A stretch of DNA of 64,000 nucleotides. Origin: a bacterium (GTDB lineage: Bacteria; JADJOY01). Made by a program: the position numbers and the translations under genes. Under the pieces are notes generated by a model that worked only from the letters and a program-made list of their open reading frames with translations, ran no database searches and was not told where the DNA came from. Location: contig JAXLQJ010000002.1 of assembly GCA_046331705.1 (NCBI GenBank), positions 1 through 64,000 on the forward strand. Reading direction: 5' to 3'. This document shows, in pieces, positions 11,906 through 22,329 of the stretch. Position 1 is the first letter of the stretch; each line of letters opens with the position of its first letter.

Positions 11906-12742
11906 ATGGTCCAACACGCTCACACACTCGCTCTCGACGACCAGGATCTCGCGCATCGCCGCGAGTTCGCCATTCGCGCGATGGGCGTGATGGCCCTCTT
12001 CCTCGTCGTGTACTCCGTCGGCGAGGTGATCGTCACGGCGTCGCTGGCCATCGGCCGCGATCCACTGAGCGACATTCGCTGGGTGCCGCTCTCGCTCGCG
12101 ATGAACGCCGGCATGATCGGGTGCCTGGCGCTCGCTCGCCAGGTGATCCTGCGCTCCGCCGAGCGCGGCGAGGTGGCCGCCGCGACCTTCCCGTGGGCCG
12201 CGCACGCGACGCTCGTCATCGGGCTGCCGTTCGTGCTCGGCCACATGCACCTGGCCGGCAGCCAGAGCAACCCCAACGCGATCCTGCTACTGGTCTACGT
12301 CATCGTCGCGCAACGGCTGCTCGGCTCGCGCGCGGCGTGGTGGTATCTGGCGCTGGCCGAGGCCGGTTATCTCGCGCTGGTGCTGCTCGAGCGGGCGGGC
12401 GTCTTGACCTACGCCCCGCTGCAGGCCGACCGCAACCTGGGCGCCACGTTCCTGCACTGGCCGCACGTGCTCATCAACCTCGCCACCTTCACCATGGTCG
12501 CCGTCTACCTGGTGGCGTTCATGGCGCGCTCGGAGGAGAACTACCTGCGGGCGCGCGACGAGATCCGCGAGCTCGAGGCGCTCCTGCGCATGTGCGCGTG
12601 GTGCAAGCGGGTGTGCGACGAGCAGGGCGAGTGGCGCCCGGTCGAGCAGTTCCTCGCCGGACGCCCGCGCGTCACCCACGGCATGTGCCCGAGCTGCTCC
12701 CAGGAAATCATGCGCGAAACCGACTCCACCCACCGTTCATGA
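11906..12742 (+). CDS. Multi-pass membrane protein with C-terminal CxxC...HxxCxxC metal-binding domain
   Basis: Five to six hydrophobic helices, short coiled coil, then MCAWCKRV...W..VEQFL...THGMCPSC. Confidence 0.75.
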   Translation: MVQHAHTLALDDQDLAHRREFAIRAMGVMALFLVVYSVGEVIVTASLAIGRDPLSDIRWVPLSLAMNAGMIGCLALARQVILRSAERGEVAAATFPWAAHATLVIGLPFVLGHMHLAGSQSNPNAILLLVYVIVAQRLLGSRAAWWYLALAEAGYLALVLLERAGVLTYAPLQADRNLGATFLHWPHVLINLATFTMVAVYLVAFMARSEENYLRARDEIRELEALLRMCAWCKRVCDEQGEWRPVEQFLAGRPRVTHGMCPSCSQEIMRETDSTHRS

Positions 12743-14013
12743 CACGCGCGTCGAAGACCAGCCACGACCCGCGGCACGCGCCGCGCCGCCCCACCGAGTT
12801 CCGCTACTGGGAGAATCTCGACAAGCCGTGGGCCAAGCGCCTGCGCGCCGTCGGCAAGCGCGTGCTGGGCTTCGACCCGGCGCCTCCCGACCACGTGGTG
12901 CGCACCCTCGCCGACATGTACTACGACGCCGACCCGCTGGCGGAGGCGTTCGTCGACGAGACTTACCTCGGTCGCAGCCCCGCCGAGGGGCGCGCGCTCC
13001 TCGAGCGGGCGCTCGCGAACGGGGTCTCTTCGATCGACGATCCGCCACGCTCGCTCGTCGAGCTCTTCGCGGACCTCGAGCAGGACCCCGACTGGGTCGA
13101 TCACGCTCGGGTCGAGCTCGGCGCCAAGGTGTTCCGCCGCTACGGCACCGCGGTCTTCCGCTTCGCGGGCGCCATCACGCTCGAGGCGTACTCCGAGAAC
13201 TCGGTGGCGAAGCCGCTGGTCTTGACCGGCGCCTACGCCGGCGCGAGCACGCGCCAGCGATTCCTGGAGACCGCGGCCTTCTGGATTGCCGTGTCCGAGC
13301 CCGGCGGGCTCGCCCGCGGAGCTCCGGGGCGCGCCTCGGCGCTGCGGGTGCGCATCATGCACGTCTTCGTGCGCCGCAGGCTGACGGGCCACGCCGAGTG
13401 GAATTCCGAGGCCTGGGGCGTGCCGATCAGCCAGGGCGACGCGCTGCTGACCCTGATGGGCGGCAGCTTCGCGCCCGGCTTCGCCATGCAGGCCATGGGC
13501 TATCGCCCGCGGCTCGCCGAGATCGAGGCGATGATGCATTTCTGGCGCTACGTCGGGCACCTCATGGGCGTGCGACCGCGCTGGTATCCGCAATCGCTTC
13601 GCGAGGCGGCACAGCTCACCTTCGTCACGCTGCTCAAGGGCGCGCGCGGCGCGGGCGAGGACGGGCGCCACCTCTGCCAGTCGTACGTGCAGGCGTTCAC
13701 CCCGGAACCCAAGGGCCCGCTGCTTCGACGCGCGTACGACGCCTTCGATCACAAGGTCCACATGGGCTACACGCGATTCTTCATGCCGCCGTGGAGCTAC
13801 GAGCGCAACGGCATGCCGAAGGTCGGGCTGTGGGCGCTGCACCCGCTCGCGCAAGCGCCGTTCATCTTCACGGCGGAGACCCTGCGTCGCTGGTTCCCGC
13901 CGCTCGAGACGGTGGCCGACCGCGTCGCCCGCGCCAGCCGCAGCCGCTGGCTCGCCCACCACATGGGCGAACGGCGCGCCGAGTACCGGCCCGCCGAGGC
14001 GTTCACGCGCTGA
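12739..14013 (+). CDS. MpaB/rubber-oxygenase-like (DUF2236) protein
   Basis: RFLETAAF, VRIMHVFVR, WGVPISQGD, FWRYVGHLMGV; ATGA overlap with upstream gene. Confidence 0.85.
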   Translation: MTRASKTSHDPRHAPRRPTEFRYWENLDKPWAKRLRAVGKRVLGFDPAPPDHVVRTLADMYYDADPLAEAFVDETYLGRSPAEGRALLERALANGVSSIDDPPRSLVELFADLEQDPDWVDHARVELGAKVFRRYGTAVFRFAGAITLEAYSENSVAKPLVLTGAYAGASTRQRFLETAAFWIAVSEPGGLARGAPGRASALRVRIMHVFVRRRLTGHAEWNSEAWGVPISQGDALLTLMGGSFAPGFAMQAMGYRPRLAEIEAMMHFWRYVGHLMGVRPRWYPQSLREAAQLTFVTLLKGARGAGEDGRHLCQSYVQAFTPEPKGPLLRRAYDAFDHKVHMGYTRFFMPPWSYERNGMPKVGLWALHPLAQAPFIFTAETLRRWFPPLETVADRVARASRSRWLAHHMGERRAEYRPAEAFTR

Positions 14014-14064
14014 CGCTCCCGCCCGCCGACGCGCCGCCCCTCTCGACACCACGAGCTCCTCGCC

Positions 14065-16035
14065 ATGCTTCGGTCCCACTGCGTTCGATCGTTCGTCTTC
14101 GCCGCCGGCGCGCTCGCCCTGACGATGCTCTCCGCGTGCGGCGACGATTCCGCCACGGGTCTCGCAGCCACCCCCGACGACACCGCGTTCGTCGCCTTCG
14201 ACCCGCTCGGCGGCGAGCTTCGCCCCTTCCCGTCCGATCTCTTCACCGCCCCCGACCCGAGCCGCCCCAACGGTCGGCGCATCGCCGTCGACACCCAGCC
14301 CATCCCGGTCTTCGTCGGCCTGGCCGGCGACACCGAGATGGACGGCTTCGACGTCGATGGCCGAATGATGGTGGCGCTCAGCGCCGCTCCCGACGAAGCG
14401 AGCCTGCCGGACCCGGCCGGCTCGACGGATCCCGCCGCGAGCATCCTGCTCACCGTCGCCGACCCCGCGGCACCCGGCTTCGGCGAGCCGGTGCCGTTCC
14501 TGACCATCCTCGAGCCGCTCGGTGTCGCGCAGCAGCCGCCGCGCTACATGCTCATGCTGCGCGCGCTGCGGCCGCTCGCGCCGTCGACGCGCTACGCGCT
14601 GGTGATCACCCGACGGCTGCGCACCGCCGAGGGTGGCTCGTTCGGGCGCTCGCCCGCGATGCAGGCCTTGCTCTCCGCTCGCGGCGTCCCCGCCGAGCTG
14701 GCGGACTACGGCCGCGCGCTGCGCGCCAGCGTGGAAGCGATCGCGCGGCCGCTCGCGCTCGCTCGCGACCAGATCGCCGCCGCCACCGTCTTCACGACCG
14801 CGAGCGACGAAGCGTCGGCGGGCGGGCTGCTGCGACTGGTCGACGCCGAGATCGCCACCGCCGACGTCGTGCCCGCCGGCTTCGCGATGGACGGGATCGA
14901 CGCGAGCCACAGCGACGACACCACGCTCTTCGTCGACGGCCACATCCAGGCCTACGAGTACCGACGCGCGGACCAGACCTTCGACCCGGCGCGCTTCGCC
15001 CGCGTGCCGATCCCCGCGCCGCGCACCCAGCTCGAGGTGATCGTGGCCCTGCCGCGTCACGCGTCCCACGCGCCGGTCGCGATCTTCGGTCACGGCATCA
15101 ACAGCTCGAAGGAGGAGATGCGCGGCATCGGGCGCGTGCTGGCCGAGCGCGGCATCGCCACCGTCGCCATCGACTTCGTGGAGCACGGATCGCGCTTCAC
15201 CGGCGAGCTGATCCCGGCGCTCGCCTTCCTCTCGGTCGATTGGATTCCCGGCGGGCGCGACAACGCGCGCCAAACGGTGGCCGACCTGGTGCAGCTGGCG
15301 CGCGCCGTCGAGACGAACCTCGGCGACCTCGACGTGCTGCCGGAAGGAGCACCCGACGGCCAGCCCGACGTGGACGGCTCGCGACTCGGCTACGTGGGCA
15401 TCTCGTTCGGCGCGATCCTGGGGTCGATGTTCTGCACCGTCGATCCGTCGGTCCGGGTCGCGGCGCTCTTGGTGGGCGGCGGAACCTGGACCGACATCGC
15501 CTTCGGCTTCCCGCCGCTCAACTCCGGCGGCGACGGGTTCGGCACCATCGCCGGCATCGCCGACTTGCTGAACCTGCCGGTCTCCGACGTGCTCACGCTC
15601 ATGGCGGTCGGTCAGAGCGTCTTCGCGCCGGGCGATCCGCTCACCTTCGCTCGCTGGCTGCGCGACGGCCCACCGTTGGCCACGCGCCCGCGGCAAGCGC
15701 GCTCGGTGCTCTCGATCGAGGTGATGAACGATCAGGTCGTGAACAACAAGAGCAACGAGGCGCTGGCGCGATCCATCGACCTGCCGCTGCTCGTGCCCGT
15801 CGCACGCGCCGTCCCGGGGCTCGTCGACACGGACTCGCCGGTGCAGGCGAACGGTCCCGACGGCACCACGTTCGGCCTCGTCCAGTACCAGCGCTACCTC
15901 GACGGCACCGTCGCGGAGCACGACAACATCTGGGGCGCGCCCGAGGTCCGCGACCAGGTCGCCGCGTTCGTGGCGAGCGTGCTGATCGACGGGCGAGCGC
16001 CGTCGATCACCGCGCCGTCGACGAACGCGCGGTGA
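14065..16035 (+). CDS. Lipoprotein with C-terminal alpha/beta hydrolase (lipase-like)
   Basis: LSAC lipobox; PFPSDLFT N-domain; FGHG, IDFVEHG, GISFG nucleophile elbow, DQVV, late His. Confidence 0.8.
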   Translation: MLRSHCVRSFVFAAGALALTMLSACGDDSATGLAATPDDTAFVAFDPLGGELRPFPSDLFTAPDPSRPNGRRIAVDTQPIPVFVGLAGDTEMDGFDVDGRMMVALSAAPDEASLPDPAGSTDPAASILLTVADPAAPGFGEPVPFLTILEPLGVAQQPPRYMLMLRALRPLAPSTRYALVITRRLRTAEGGSFGRSPAMQALLSARGVPAELADYGRALRASVEAIARPLALARDQIAAATVFTTASDEASAGGLLRLVDAEIATADVVPAGFAMDGIDASHSDDTTLFVDGHIQAYEYRRADQTFDPARFARVPIPAPRTQLEVIVALPRHASHAPVAIFGHGINSSKEEMRGIGRVLAERGIATVAIDFVEHGSRFTGELIPALAFLSVDWIPGGRDNARQTVADLVQLARAVETNLGDLDVLPEGAPDGQPDVDGSRLGYVGISFGAILGSMFCTVDPSVRVAALLVGGGTWTDIAFGFPPLNSGGDGFGTIAGIADLLNLPVSDVLTLMAVGQSVFAPGDPLTFARWLRDGPPLATRPRQARSVLSIEVMNDQVVNNKSNEALARSIDLPLLVPVARAVPGLVDTDSPVQANGPDGTTFGLVQYQRYLDGTVAEHDNIWGAPEVRDQVAAFVASVLIDGRAPSITAPSTNAR

Positions 16036-18034
16036 CCCGCGCGTCCGCGGGCCCCAGCCGAACCAGCGGCCAGCTCGGCGCGTCGGCGAGGAGCGCGTCG
16101 GGCTCGCGCGCTGCCGTGGACATCCAGCGCGATCGATGGAACGCGGTCAGCGCGAGGGCGGCCCGCAGCCGGCGCGCGCGAGGCGCGGTGGCGACCCCGA
16201 ACGCCTCCCACGGGATCTCGGCCTCGACCCGATAGCGCGGCTGATCCGAGCCGGCGTAGCGCAGACGCGCGCCGTCCACCGGCGCGCAGCCGTCCCCCTC
16301 GACCCGACACAAGCGCGGCTCGAAGGCTGGCGCGGCCTTCTTCACGAAGACCTGCGGCGGCACGATCGACAACCGTAGCCGGCGCGGTCCCGCGCCCGCA
16401 TCGACGCCCACGTCGAGGTGCAACGCCTCGGCGACGGGAAAGGCTCCCTCGAACGCCAGCAGCGCGGGGTCGTAGTAATCCATGGCGATCAGACCGAGCG
16501 CGAGACCGCGCTCGTTCCAACCCAGGTAGACATCGCCGAACGGCACCTCGGGTGCGGGCGCGTCGAGATCGCGCACCCAAGCGCGTTCCTTCGGCCAATC
16601 CCCCAGGTGCCCATCGGTGGGGTCGATCGTCACGTGCGGCAGCGGCAGCGCGCCGAGGTGCGCGGCGGCCGCGCTCGCGGGCACGCCGGCGCCGCGCTGC
16701 CCGGCGCGGCGATGGACGCCCACGAGCGCGCGATTCACCTCGGCGAACGCCCGCGTCAGTCCCGCGTACGGCCGATTCGCCACGTCGACCAGGCCGAAGT
16801 CGTAGTCCTCGCCGTCGGCGGGGCGGCCGCCTGGCGGGTGGTCGTAGTACTGGAACCAGTGCAGCCCCACGACGTTCGGCTCGGCGGCGAGGTTCCGCGC
16901 CGCGCGGGCGGCGCCGCGGGCGCGCTCGGCTTGGGTGTCGACGGTGAGCAGATGGCCGTTGTTGCGATTGCCGCTTCGGTTCTCGTGGGCGGCGAAGAAC
17001 CATTCGGAAACCAGCACCGGCTTGTGGGGAGCGAGCCGCCTGAGCCCCTCGAAGTAGTAGCGCGCGACCCAGCCATCGGGCGCATCCAGGTTGTAGTTGG
17101 TGGCGATGACGTCGACGCGCGACGCCATCGCGCGCACCGCCATCGGGTCGTAGTAGATCGGCAACCGGTCGCCGAAATCGAGCGCGTCCGGATCCGCGGC
17201 GGCGAGCGCCGCGTGCATCGTCTCGTAGTAGCGGCTCGCGACGATCCCGGTCCACGCGCGCACCGCATCGATGCCGCGGCTGCCCGGTCGCAAGCGGGTC
17301 GGCTTGCCTTGGGCCGCCAGCAGCTCGTCCCAGGAGGAGACGCCCTCCGGCGCCACGAAATCGGCGCTGAAGCGCTCCCACGACTCGCCGTAGCGCTCCC
17401 GCAGCGCCGCGAGCCAGCGCTGCTTGGTGTGATTGGAGGCCGCTTGCTTCGAGTAGAACGTGAAGAGCGCGCCGCCCCACCACCCCACCTCGTTGTCGGT
17501 GAAGTAGCCGATGCGCCGCTGGTGACCGCGGTGGGGTGCCACCAGCGCTTCGGCCTTCCGCGTGAGCCGCTCCGGCAGCTCCGGGTCGAACGGATCGACC
17601 CAGTGGAACGACGCCGACGCGCCGAGCCACAGGCTCGGGATCGACGGCAGCTCGGTCGTCGCCGCAGGCGGCGCGACCGCGCCCGCGGTGTTGAAGCCCC
17701 ATCGCGTCAAGCGCCCGCGCGCCTCGTCGAGCCAGTCGGTGAAACGCGGGTGGAACGCCTGCCAGCGATAGCCGGGCGCGTCCGACGGCAGCGCCTGGCT
17801 CTCGCCGCCGTCGAGACCGTTCACCCCGATCGAGAAGAAGCGCTCGCCACACGGTGTCACGAGCCACCACGCACCTTCGGAGCGAGCGACGCTCCAGCGC
17901 GAGCTGGGTGCGCGTTCCCCGTCGGGACACGCCTCGCCGCGGCGCGCGCTCGTCGCCACCAGCAGCGCGGCGACGAGCCACGCAGCGCGCGGCGCACGGG
18001 TGCCTCGGCGCACCGAGCGGGAATCCCGATCCAT
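16007..18034 (-). CDS. Secreted clan GH-A glycoside hydrolase (agarase/GH50-like) + C-terminal CBM9-like domain
   Basis: WWLVTPCGERFFSIGVN, WGFNT, GYFTDNEVGW, LVSEWFF, GLHWFQYYD; DGHLGDW domain start. Confidence 0.7.
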   Translation of the reverse strand: MDRDSRSVRRGTRAPRAAWLVAALLVATSARRGEACPDGERAPSSRWSVARSEGAWWLVTPCGERFFSIGVNGLDGGESQALPSDAPGYRWQAFHPRFTDWLDEARGRLTRWGFNTAGAVAPPAATTELPSIPSLWLGASASFHWVDPFDPELPERLTRKAEALVAPHRGHQRRIGYFTDNEVGWWGGALFTFYSKQAASNHTKQRWLAALRERYGESWERFSADFVAPEGVSSWDELLAAQGKPTRLRPGSRGIDAVRAWTGIVASRYYETMHAALAAADPDALDFGDRLPIYYDPMAVRAMASRVDVIATNYNLDAPDGWVARYYFEGLRRLAPHKPVLVSEWFFAAHENRSGNRNNGHLLTVDTQAERARGAARAARNLAAEPNVVGLHWFQYYDHPPGGRPADGEDYDFGLVDVANRPYAGLTRAFAEVNRALVGVHRRAGQRGAGVPASAAAAHLGALPLPHVTIDPTDGHLGDWPKERAWVRDLDAPAPEVPFGDVYLGWNERGLALGLIAMDYYDPALLAFEGAFPVAEALHLDVGVDAGAGPRRLRLSIVPPQVFVKKAAPAFEPRLCRVEGDGCAPVDGARLRYAGSDQPRYRVEAEIPWEAFGVATAPRARRLRAALALTAFHRSRWMSTAAREPDALLADAPSWPLVRLGPADARVTARSSTAR

Positions 18035-18137
18035 GGCGCGCGCCAAGCTACACGCGTCCGTTCCCACCGGCATCCGGCGACCTCGAGCGGTCGACGCGGC
18101 CCGCGAAGGCCCGCAGGCAGCGCTCGGCCTCGCGCGC

Positions 18138-18752
18138 TCAGCGCGGATCGCGACCGCGGACCGCGTCCGCGGCTCCGGGCGCGGCGGGCGCGGGTGCGGC
18201 GAGGCTCGCCAGCCACTCGTGCACGAGGATCGCGTGCTGGGCGAGATCCTCGAAGGTTCCCCACTTGAGGACCGCCCCGCGATGGATGCCCTCGAAGCGC
18301 ATCCCGAGCTTCTCCATCACTCGCCCCGAGGCGGGGTTGCGCGTGAGATGGCGCGCCTGAATGCGGTGGAGGCCGAGACCGCGAAAGCCGAAGTCGAGGA
18401 GCGCGCGTGCAGCCTCGGTCGCGTAGCCGCGGCCCCAATCCGCGTGACCGATCCAGTACCCGAGCTCGCCTTGGGCGTGCGCCATCACGAGCGCGAGCCC
18501 CGTCGCTCCAACCAGCAACCCGTCGGCGCGCGTCACCACCGCGAAGGGCGCGAGCGTGCCAGCAGCGAAGCGAGCCGCGTGCGTCGCGATCCATTCCGCG
18601 GCCGCGCCGTCCGGATAGGGATGCGGGATCGCGAGCGTCGTGTCGGCGATCTCGCGGGCGCCGGCGAGCCGTTGGACCGCCGGCGCGTCGCTCGCCTGGA
18701 AGGGGCGCAAGATCAAGCGCGCGGTCTCGAGCGTGGGCTGGCCACCCGCCAT
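18138..18752 (-). CDS. GNAT N-acetyltransferase, RimJ/RimL family
   Basis: LETARLILRP, ELGYWIG..WGRGYATEA, NPASGRVMEKLGM. Confidence 0.93.
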   Translation of the reverse strand: MAGGQPTLETARLILRPFQASDAPAVQRLAGAREIADTTLAIPHPYPDGAAAEWIATHAARFAAGTLAPFAVVTRADGLLVGATGLALVMAHAQGELGYWIGHADWGRGYATEAARALLDFGFRGLGLHRIQARHLTRNPASGRVMEKLGMRFEGIHRGAVLKWGTFEDLAQHAILVHEWLASLAAPAPAAPGAADAVRGRDPR

Positions 18753-18806
18753 GGCCGCATCATCCCACGCAGCCGCGCGCGCGCCGAGGGCCGCGGCGAG
18801 CTGCGC

Positions 18807-20015
18807 TCACGCCGCCGACGAGCGCCGCCGCTCGGGAGGTGCGGCGCGGCTCGGCTCGGCGGCGAAGAACGCGCGCACCTCGTCGGCGCGCCGCTTCACG
18901 TCCTCGACACCCAGCTCGATGAGCCGCGAGCAGAACGTCGCGTCGAAGAGTAGATAGCTCGCGAGCTCGGTGGTGGCCTCGTCGCCGCCCAGGCCGCGCA
19001 ACAGGTAGCGCACGATCCCCGGGATGTGACCGGCGAGCTCCGTCGCGATCTCGCCGAACGAGCGGCTCGGGCTCAGCCACAGCACGTTCACCACGCGGAA
19101 GGGGTCGGCAGGCGCGCTGCCGTGGCTCGCGACGCTCAGGTTCACGCGCAGCGCGTGGTCCACGTCGACCTCGATCGAATCCAGCATCACGGCGTCCAGC
19201 AGCACGCCGGCGATCTGCGCGATCGTGGGCGGCGGCGCGGATTCCGGCTGCGGCGTCTCCAGCCGGGGAGACGACTCGCGAACGCCGACCGCCACGATTC
19301 GCTCGGCGCCGAGCTGGATCGCGGGCTCGAGCGGGGCGGTGTTGCGGATGCAGCCGTCGCCGAAATGCCGTCCGTCGATCTCGACCGACGGGAAGAACAC
19401 GGGGATCGCGCTCGACGCCATCAGGTGCTCGACGCCGATCTCGGTGCGCTCCACGTGGCGTCGGATCCGCTTCCACAGCGGCACCTCGCTGCTGCCGTGG
19501 ACGAACACCACGCCGTTGGTGGTGTAGAGGTTGGTGGCCGAGATCGCCAGCGCCCGCAGCGCGCCGCCCACCACGTTCGCATCGATGCGCGCGAACGGGA
19601 TGTTCTTGGCGAGGAGCTTCCTGAGCGGCGCCGTGTCGAGCAGCGCCTTCGGCGCCACGTGCCCGAGCACGCCGCCGAACGTGAGGTCGCGCACCCACTT
19701 GAGCCCGATTCCGCCCAGTGACGCCACGTCGGTGCGGAAGACCTGGTTCGCGCGGATCTTGCTCCACAGGCGATCGAGCGCCGCCACCCCGTCCTCGAAG
19801 CGATCGGCGTGGGCGGCGAGCATCGCCGCGTTGATCGAGCCCGCGCTCGAGCCCACCAGGATCTGGAACGGGCTCTCCCCCGAGCCACCCAGGCCGAGCG
19901 CCAGCAAGCCCTTGAGCACGCCGACTTGATACGCGCCGCGCGCGCCACCGCCCGAGAGCACCAGCGCCAGGCCACTCGATGCTCGCGCTCCGTTCCGGTC
20001 GCTCTTGGTCGCCAT
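18807..20015 (-). CDS. Patatin-like phospholipase
   Basis: LSGGGARGAYQVG, GSSAG nucleophile, ASSAIP, DGC. Confidence 0.92.
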   Translation of the reverse strand: MATKSDRNGARASSGLALVLSGGGARGAYQVGVLKGLLALGLGGSGESPFQILVGSSAGSINAAMLAAHADRFEDGVAALDRLWSKIRANQVFRTDVASLGGIGLKWVRDLTFGGVLGHVAPKALLDTAPLRKLLAKNIPFARIDANVVGGALRALAISATNLYTTNGVVFVHGSSEVPLWKRIRRHVERTEIGVEHLMASSAIPVFFPSVEIDGRHFGDGCIRNTAPLEPAIQLGAERIVAVGVRESSPRLETPQPESAPPPTIAQIAGVLLDAVMLDSIEVDVDHALRVNLSVASHGSAPADPFRVVNVLWLSPSRSFGEIATELAGHIPGIVRYLLRGLGGDEATTELASYLLFDATFCSRLIELGVEDVKRRADEVRAFFAAEPSRAAPPERRRSSAA

Positions 20016-20334
20016 GCTCTCGCCTCACGCAGCCTGCGATGGGGAATTCCAAGACCGGCCGCCGTGCCGAACCAGCGTAACGGTGCGGTGACGAGCCACG
20101 ACCCGCGCGCGTCGGAACGGTGGTCGATCGTGGCCGTCTCTCGCCGCTTCCTCCTGCGATCCCGCGCGCTCCGCCTGCGGCACACGGTTCGCGCCCTCGG
20201 TGAGTGCGACCTTCGTGCCGCGTCGTGATCCTCGACCGGCGGCGAGGGTGCCGACGTCGCTCGCGCGGGTCGCTCCGGCGCACGCCGTGCAAGCGCGAGA
20301 GGGCGGGTTCCCCGGGATCGAGTGGAGGTCGCGA

Positions 20335-22230
20335 GTGCCTCGGTGGATGGCCGTGTGGCTGATCGCCGTCGCGACCGCCGCCCACGCGCGCAACCCGGCC
20401 TCGTGGGAGTTTCGCCATCGCGGCTCGTTCGCGACCGACTTCGCCGCGGCGGCGGCCTCGCCTTCGGGCGCACGCGTGCTTGCCGCCGGCAGCAGCGGCG
20501 GTGCCGCCTGGAGCGACGACGGCGGCGCGAGCTTCCACTTCGTATCGCTCGGCACGCCCGCGGACGCCACCGGGGTGGCTTGGCAAGACGACGAGCGCGT
20601 GTGGGTGAGCGGCGAGCTACCGGCGGGCTGGGTGGGTGCCGGCGTGCTGCTGCGAAGCAGCGACGGTGGCCGGACCTGGTCGACGGTGGTGGCCGACCAT
20701 CCCGTGGCGCTCACCTCGGTCGCCTTCGCGGACGCGAGCCACGGCTTCGCCGGACAAGCGGTGGGCGGCGTGCTCGCGACCTCGAACGGCGGCGCCAGCT
20801 GGACCGCGCTCTCCTTTCCCGGGCTGGCGCTCGCCGGGATCGAGTTCGTGACCCCGCTGATCGGGCACGCAGCAGGCACGGGCGCCGACTTCTCGCTCGC
20901 ACGCACCGTCGACGGGGGCGCGAGCTGGACGACGGTCTACACGTCGCCCACCGGCACGGTGACGGGAATCTCGTTCCCCACCGCAGCGACGGGTTACCTA
21001 GCATCGCCGGTCGCGGTGGCGCGCTCGCTCGACGGCGGCGCGACCTGGTCGCCGCGCGCCACGCTCACCGAGACGTGGATCGAGGATCTCGTCTTCGCCG
21101 ACGCACTCCACGGTTGGGCGGGCGGCATGCGGCTGCTCACGAACGACGGCCGCGGCAGGGTGATGGCCACCAGCGACGGAGGCCAGAGCTGGCAGGACAC
21201 CGCCCTCGCCGAGCCCGACCGGATCGGCGCGTTGGCGCTCGCCGCCGGCGGCGCCCTCCTCGCCGCTGGCGACGCAGGCACCTTGCTGCGATCCGACGAC
21301 GCCGGCGCGAGCTGGGACGACCTCGCCGCGAGCACCGCCAACCCCTTCCGCGCACTGCGCATGGAGAGCGCCAGCGACGGCTGGGCCGTGGGACCGACCG
21401 GCGCGATCCACCACACCGCCGACGGCGGCGCGACGTGGACGACCCAGGGCGGCCTCGGCAGCAGCACCCTCGAATCGATCGTGCGCGCCACCGCCACCAC
21501 GCTCTACGCGTGCGGCTCGTCCGCGTTCGTCGCATCGACGGACGACGGCGCGAGCTGGACCGTGCGCAACGGCTCCCTCGATTGCCACGCGCTGCGCTTC
21601 ACGAGCGCCCTCGACGGCATCGCCGGTACTCGCTACGGCGTGTTCTGGACCGACGACGGCGGCTTCACCTGGAACATGGCCAGCAACGGCGGGCTCGGCA
21701 CCGGCGGCGTCTTCGACTTCGCGTTCCAGGATGCGAATCACGGCTTCGCCGCCGCGGGCATCGGCCGGATCCTCGAGACCGCGGATGGAGGGCGATCGTG
21801 GAGCACCGTCCACAGCGAGCCCGCCGGCGTGAACTCGTATCTCCTCGGCATCGCGTTCGCGAACGCCACGCGGGGCTACGCCGTGGGCATGGACGGCGTG
21901 ATCCTGGTGACCGCCAACGGCGGCGCGAGCTGGGAACACCGCACCAGCGGCGTGAGCGTCGAGCTTCACGACGTCCGGGCCACCGGCGCCAGCGAGGCGC
22001 TGGTGGCGGGTGCCGCGGGAACGGTGCTCGCCACGGTGAACGGCGGCGCCTCGTGGAGCGAGGAGAGCACGCCGACCGAGGCCGATCTCTGGTCGATCGC
22101 GTCCGCGGACGGGACGCCGCTCATCGCCGGCGACTGGGGCACGGTGCTCGCACCCCAAGACGCCTGCTCGATCTTCTGCGACGACTTCGAGAGCGGCGGC
22201 CTCTCCGCCTGGTCCACGTCCCATCCGTGA
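20335..22230 (+). CDS. Secreted YCF48-like/BNR-repeat beta-propeller protein with C-terminal IFxDxFESG tag
   Basis: GGAGGT RBS before GTG 20335; signal peptide ending AHA; more than ten (S/T)x(D/N)GGx(S/T)W-type repeats. Confidence 0.85.
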   Translation: MPRWMAVWLIAVATAAHARNPASWEFRHRGSFATDFAAAAASPSGARVLAAGSSGGAAWSDDGGASFHFVSLGTPADATGVAWQDDERVWVSGELPAGWVGAGVLLRSSDGGRTWSTVVADHPVALTSVAFADASHGFAGQAVGGVLATSNGGASWTALSFPGLALAGIEFVTPLIGHAAGTGADFSLARTVDGGASWTTVYTSPTGTVTGISFPTAATGYLASPVAVARSLDGGATWSPRATLTETWIEDLVFADALHGWAGGMRLLTNDGRGRVMATSDGGQSWQDTALAEPDRIGALALAAGGALLAAGDAGTLLRSDDAGASWDDLAASTANPFRALRMESASDGWAVGPTGAIHHTADGGATWTTQGGLGSSTLESIVRATATTLYACGSSAFVASTDDGASWTVRNGSLDCHALRFTSALDGIAGTRYGVFWTDDGGFTWNMASNGGLGTGGVFDFAFQDANHGFAAAGIGRILETADGGRSWSTVHSEPAGVNSYLLGIAFANATRGYAVGMDGVILVTANGGASWEHRTSGVSVELHDVRATGASEALVAGAAGTVLATVNGGASWSEESTPTEADLWSIASADGTPLIAGDWGTVLAPQDACSIFCDDFESGGLSAWSTSHP

Positions 22231-22313
22231 GCGCCGTCGCGGTCCGGCGCCGCGCGATCGAGACCCGTCCCGGCGCGCGGAAGCGGCATGCCGCTGCCAT
22301 CCACCCGGCAGCC

Positions 22314-22322
22314 TGCTAGCGT
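22314..22322 (+). promoter_or_regulatory. Extended -10 element, probable leaderless pnuC promoter
   Basis: TG-C-TAGCGT ends 7 nt before GTG 22330; no obvious SD. Confidence 0.4.
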
Positions 22323-22329
22323 CGGGCGC

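Noticed and set aside
20500..22080. Recurring GACGGCGGCGCGAGCTGG-like repeats as a CRISPR or DNA repeat array
   Set aside because: In-frame, degenerate and explained by BNR/Asp-box protein repeats
20335..22230. YCF48-like protein as evidence of photosynthesis
   Set aside because: Generic propeller repeat family; no photosystem genes nearby
22231..22329. NAD+ riboswitch upstream of pnuC
   Set aside because: No recognisable consensus and the promoter appears leaderless; an Rfam scan would settle it
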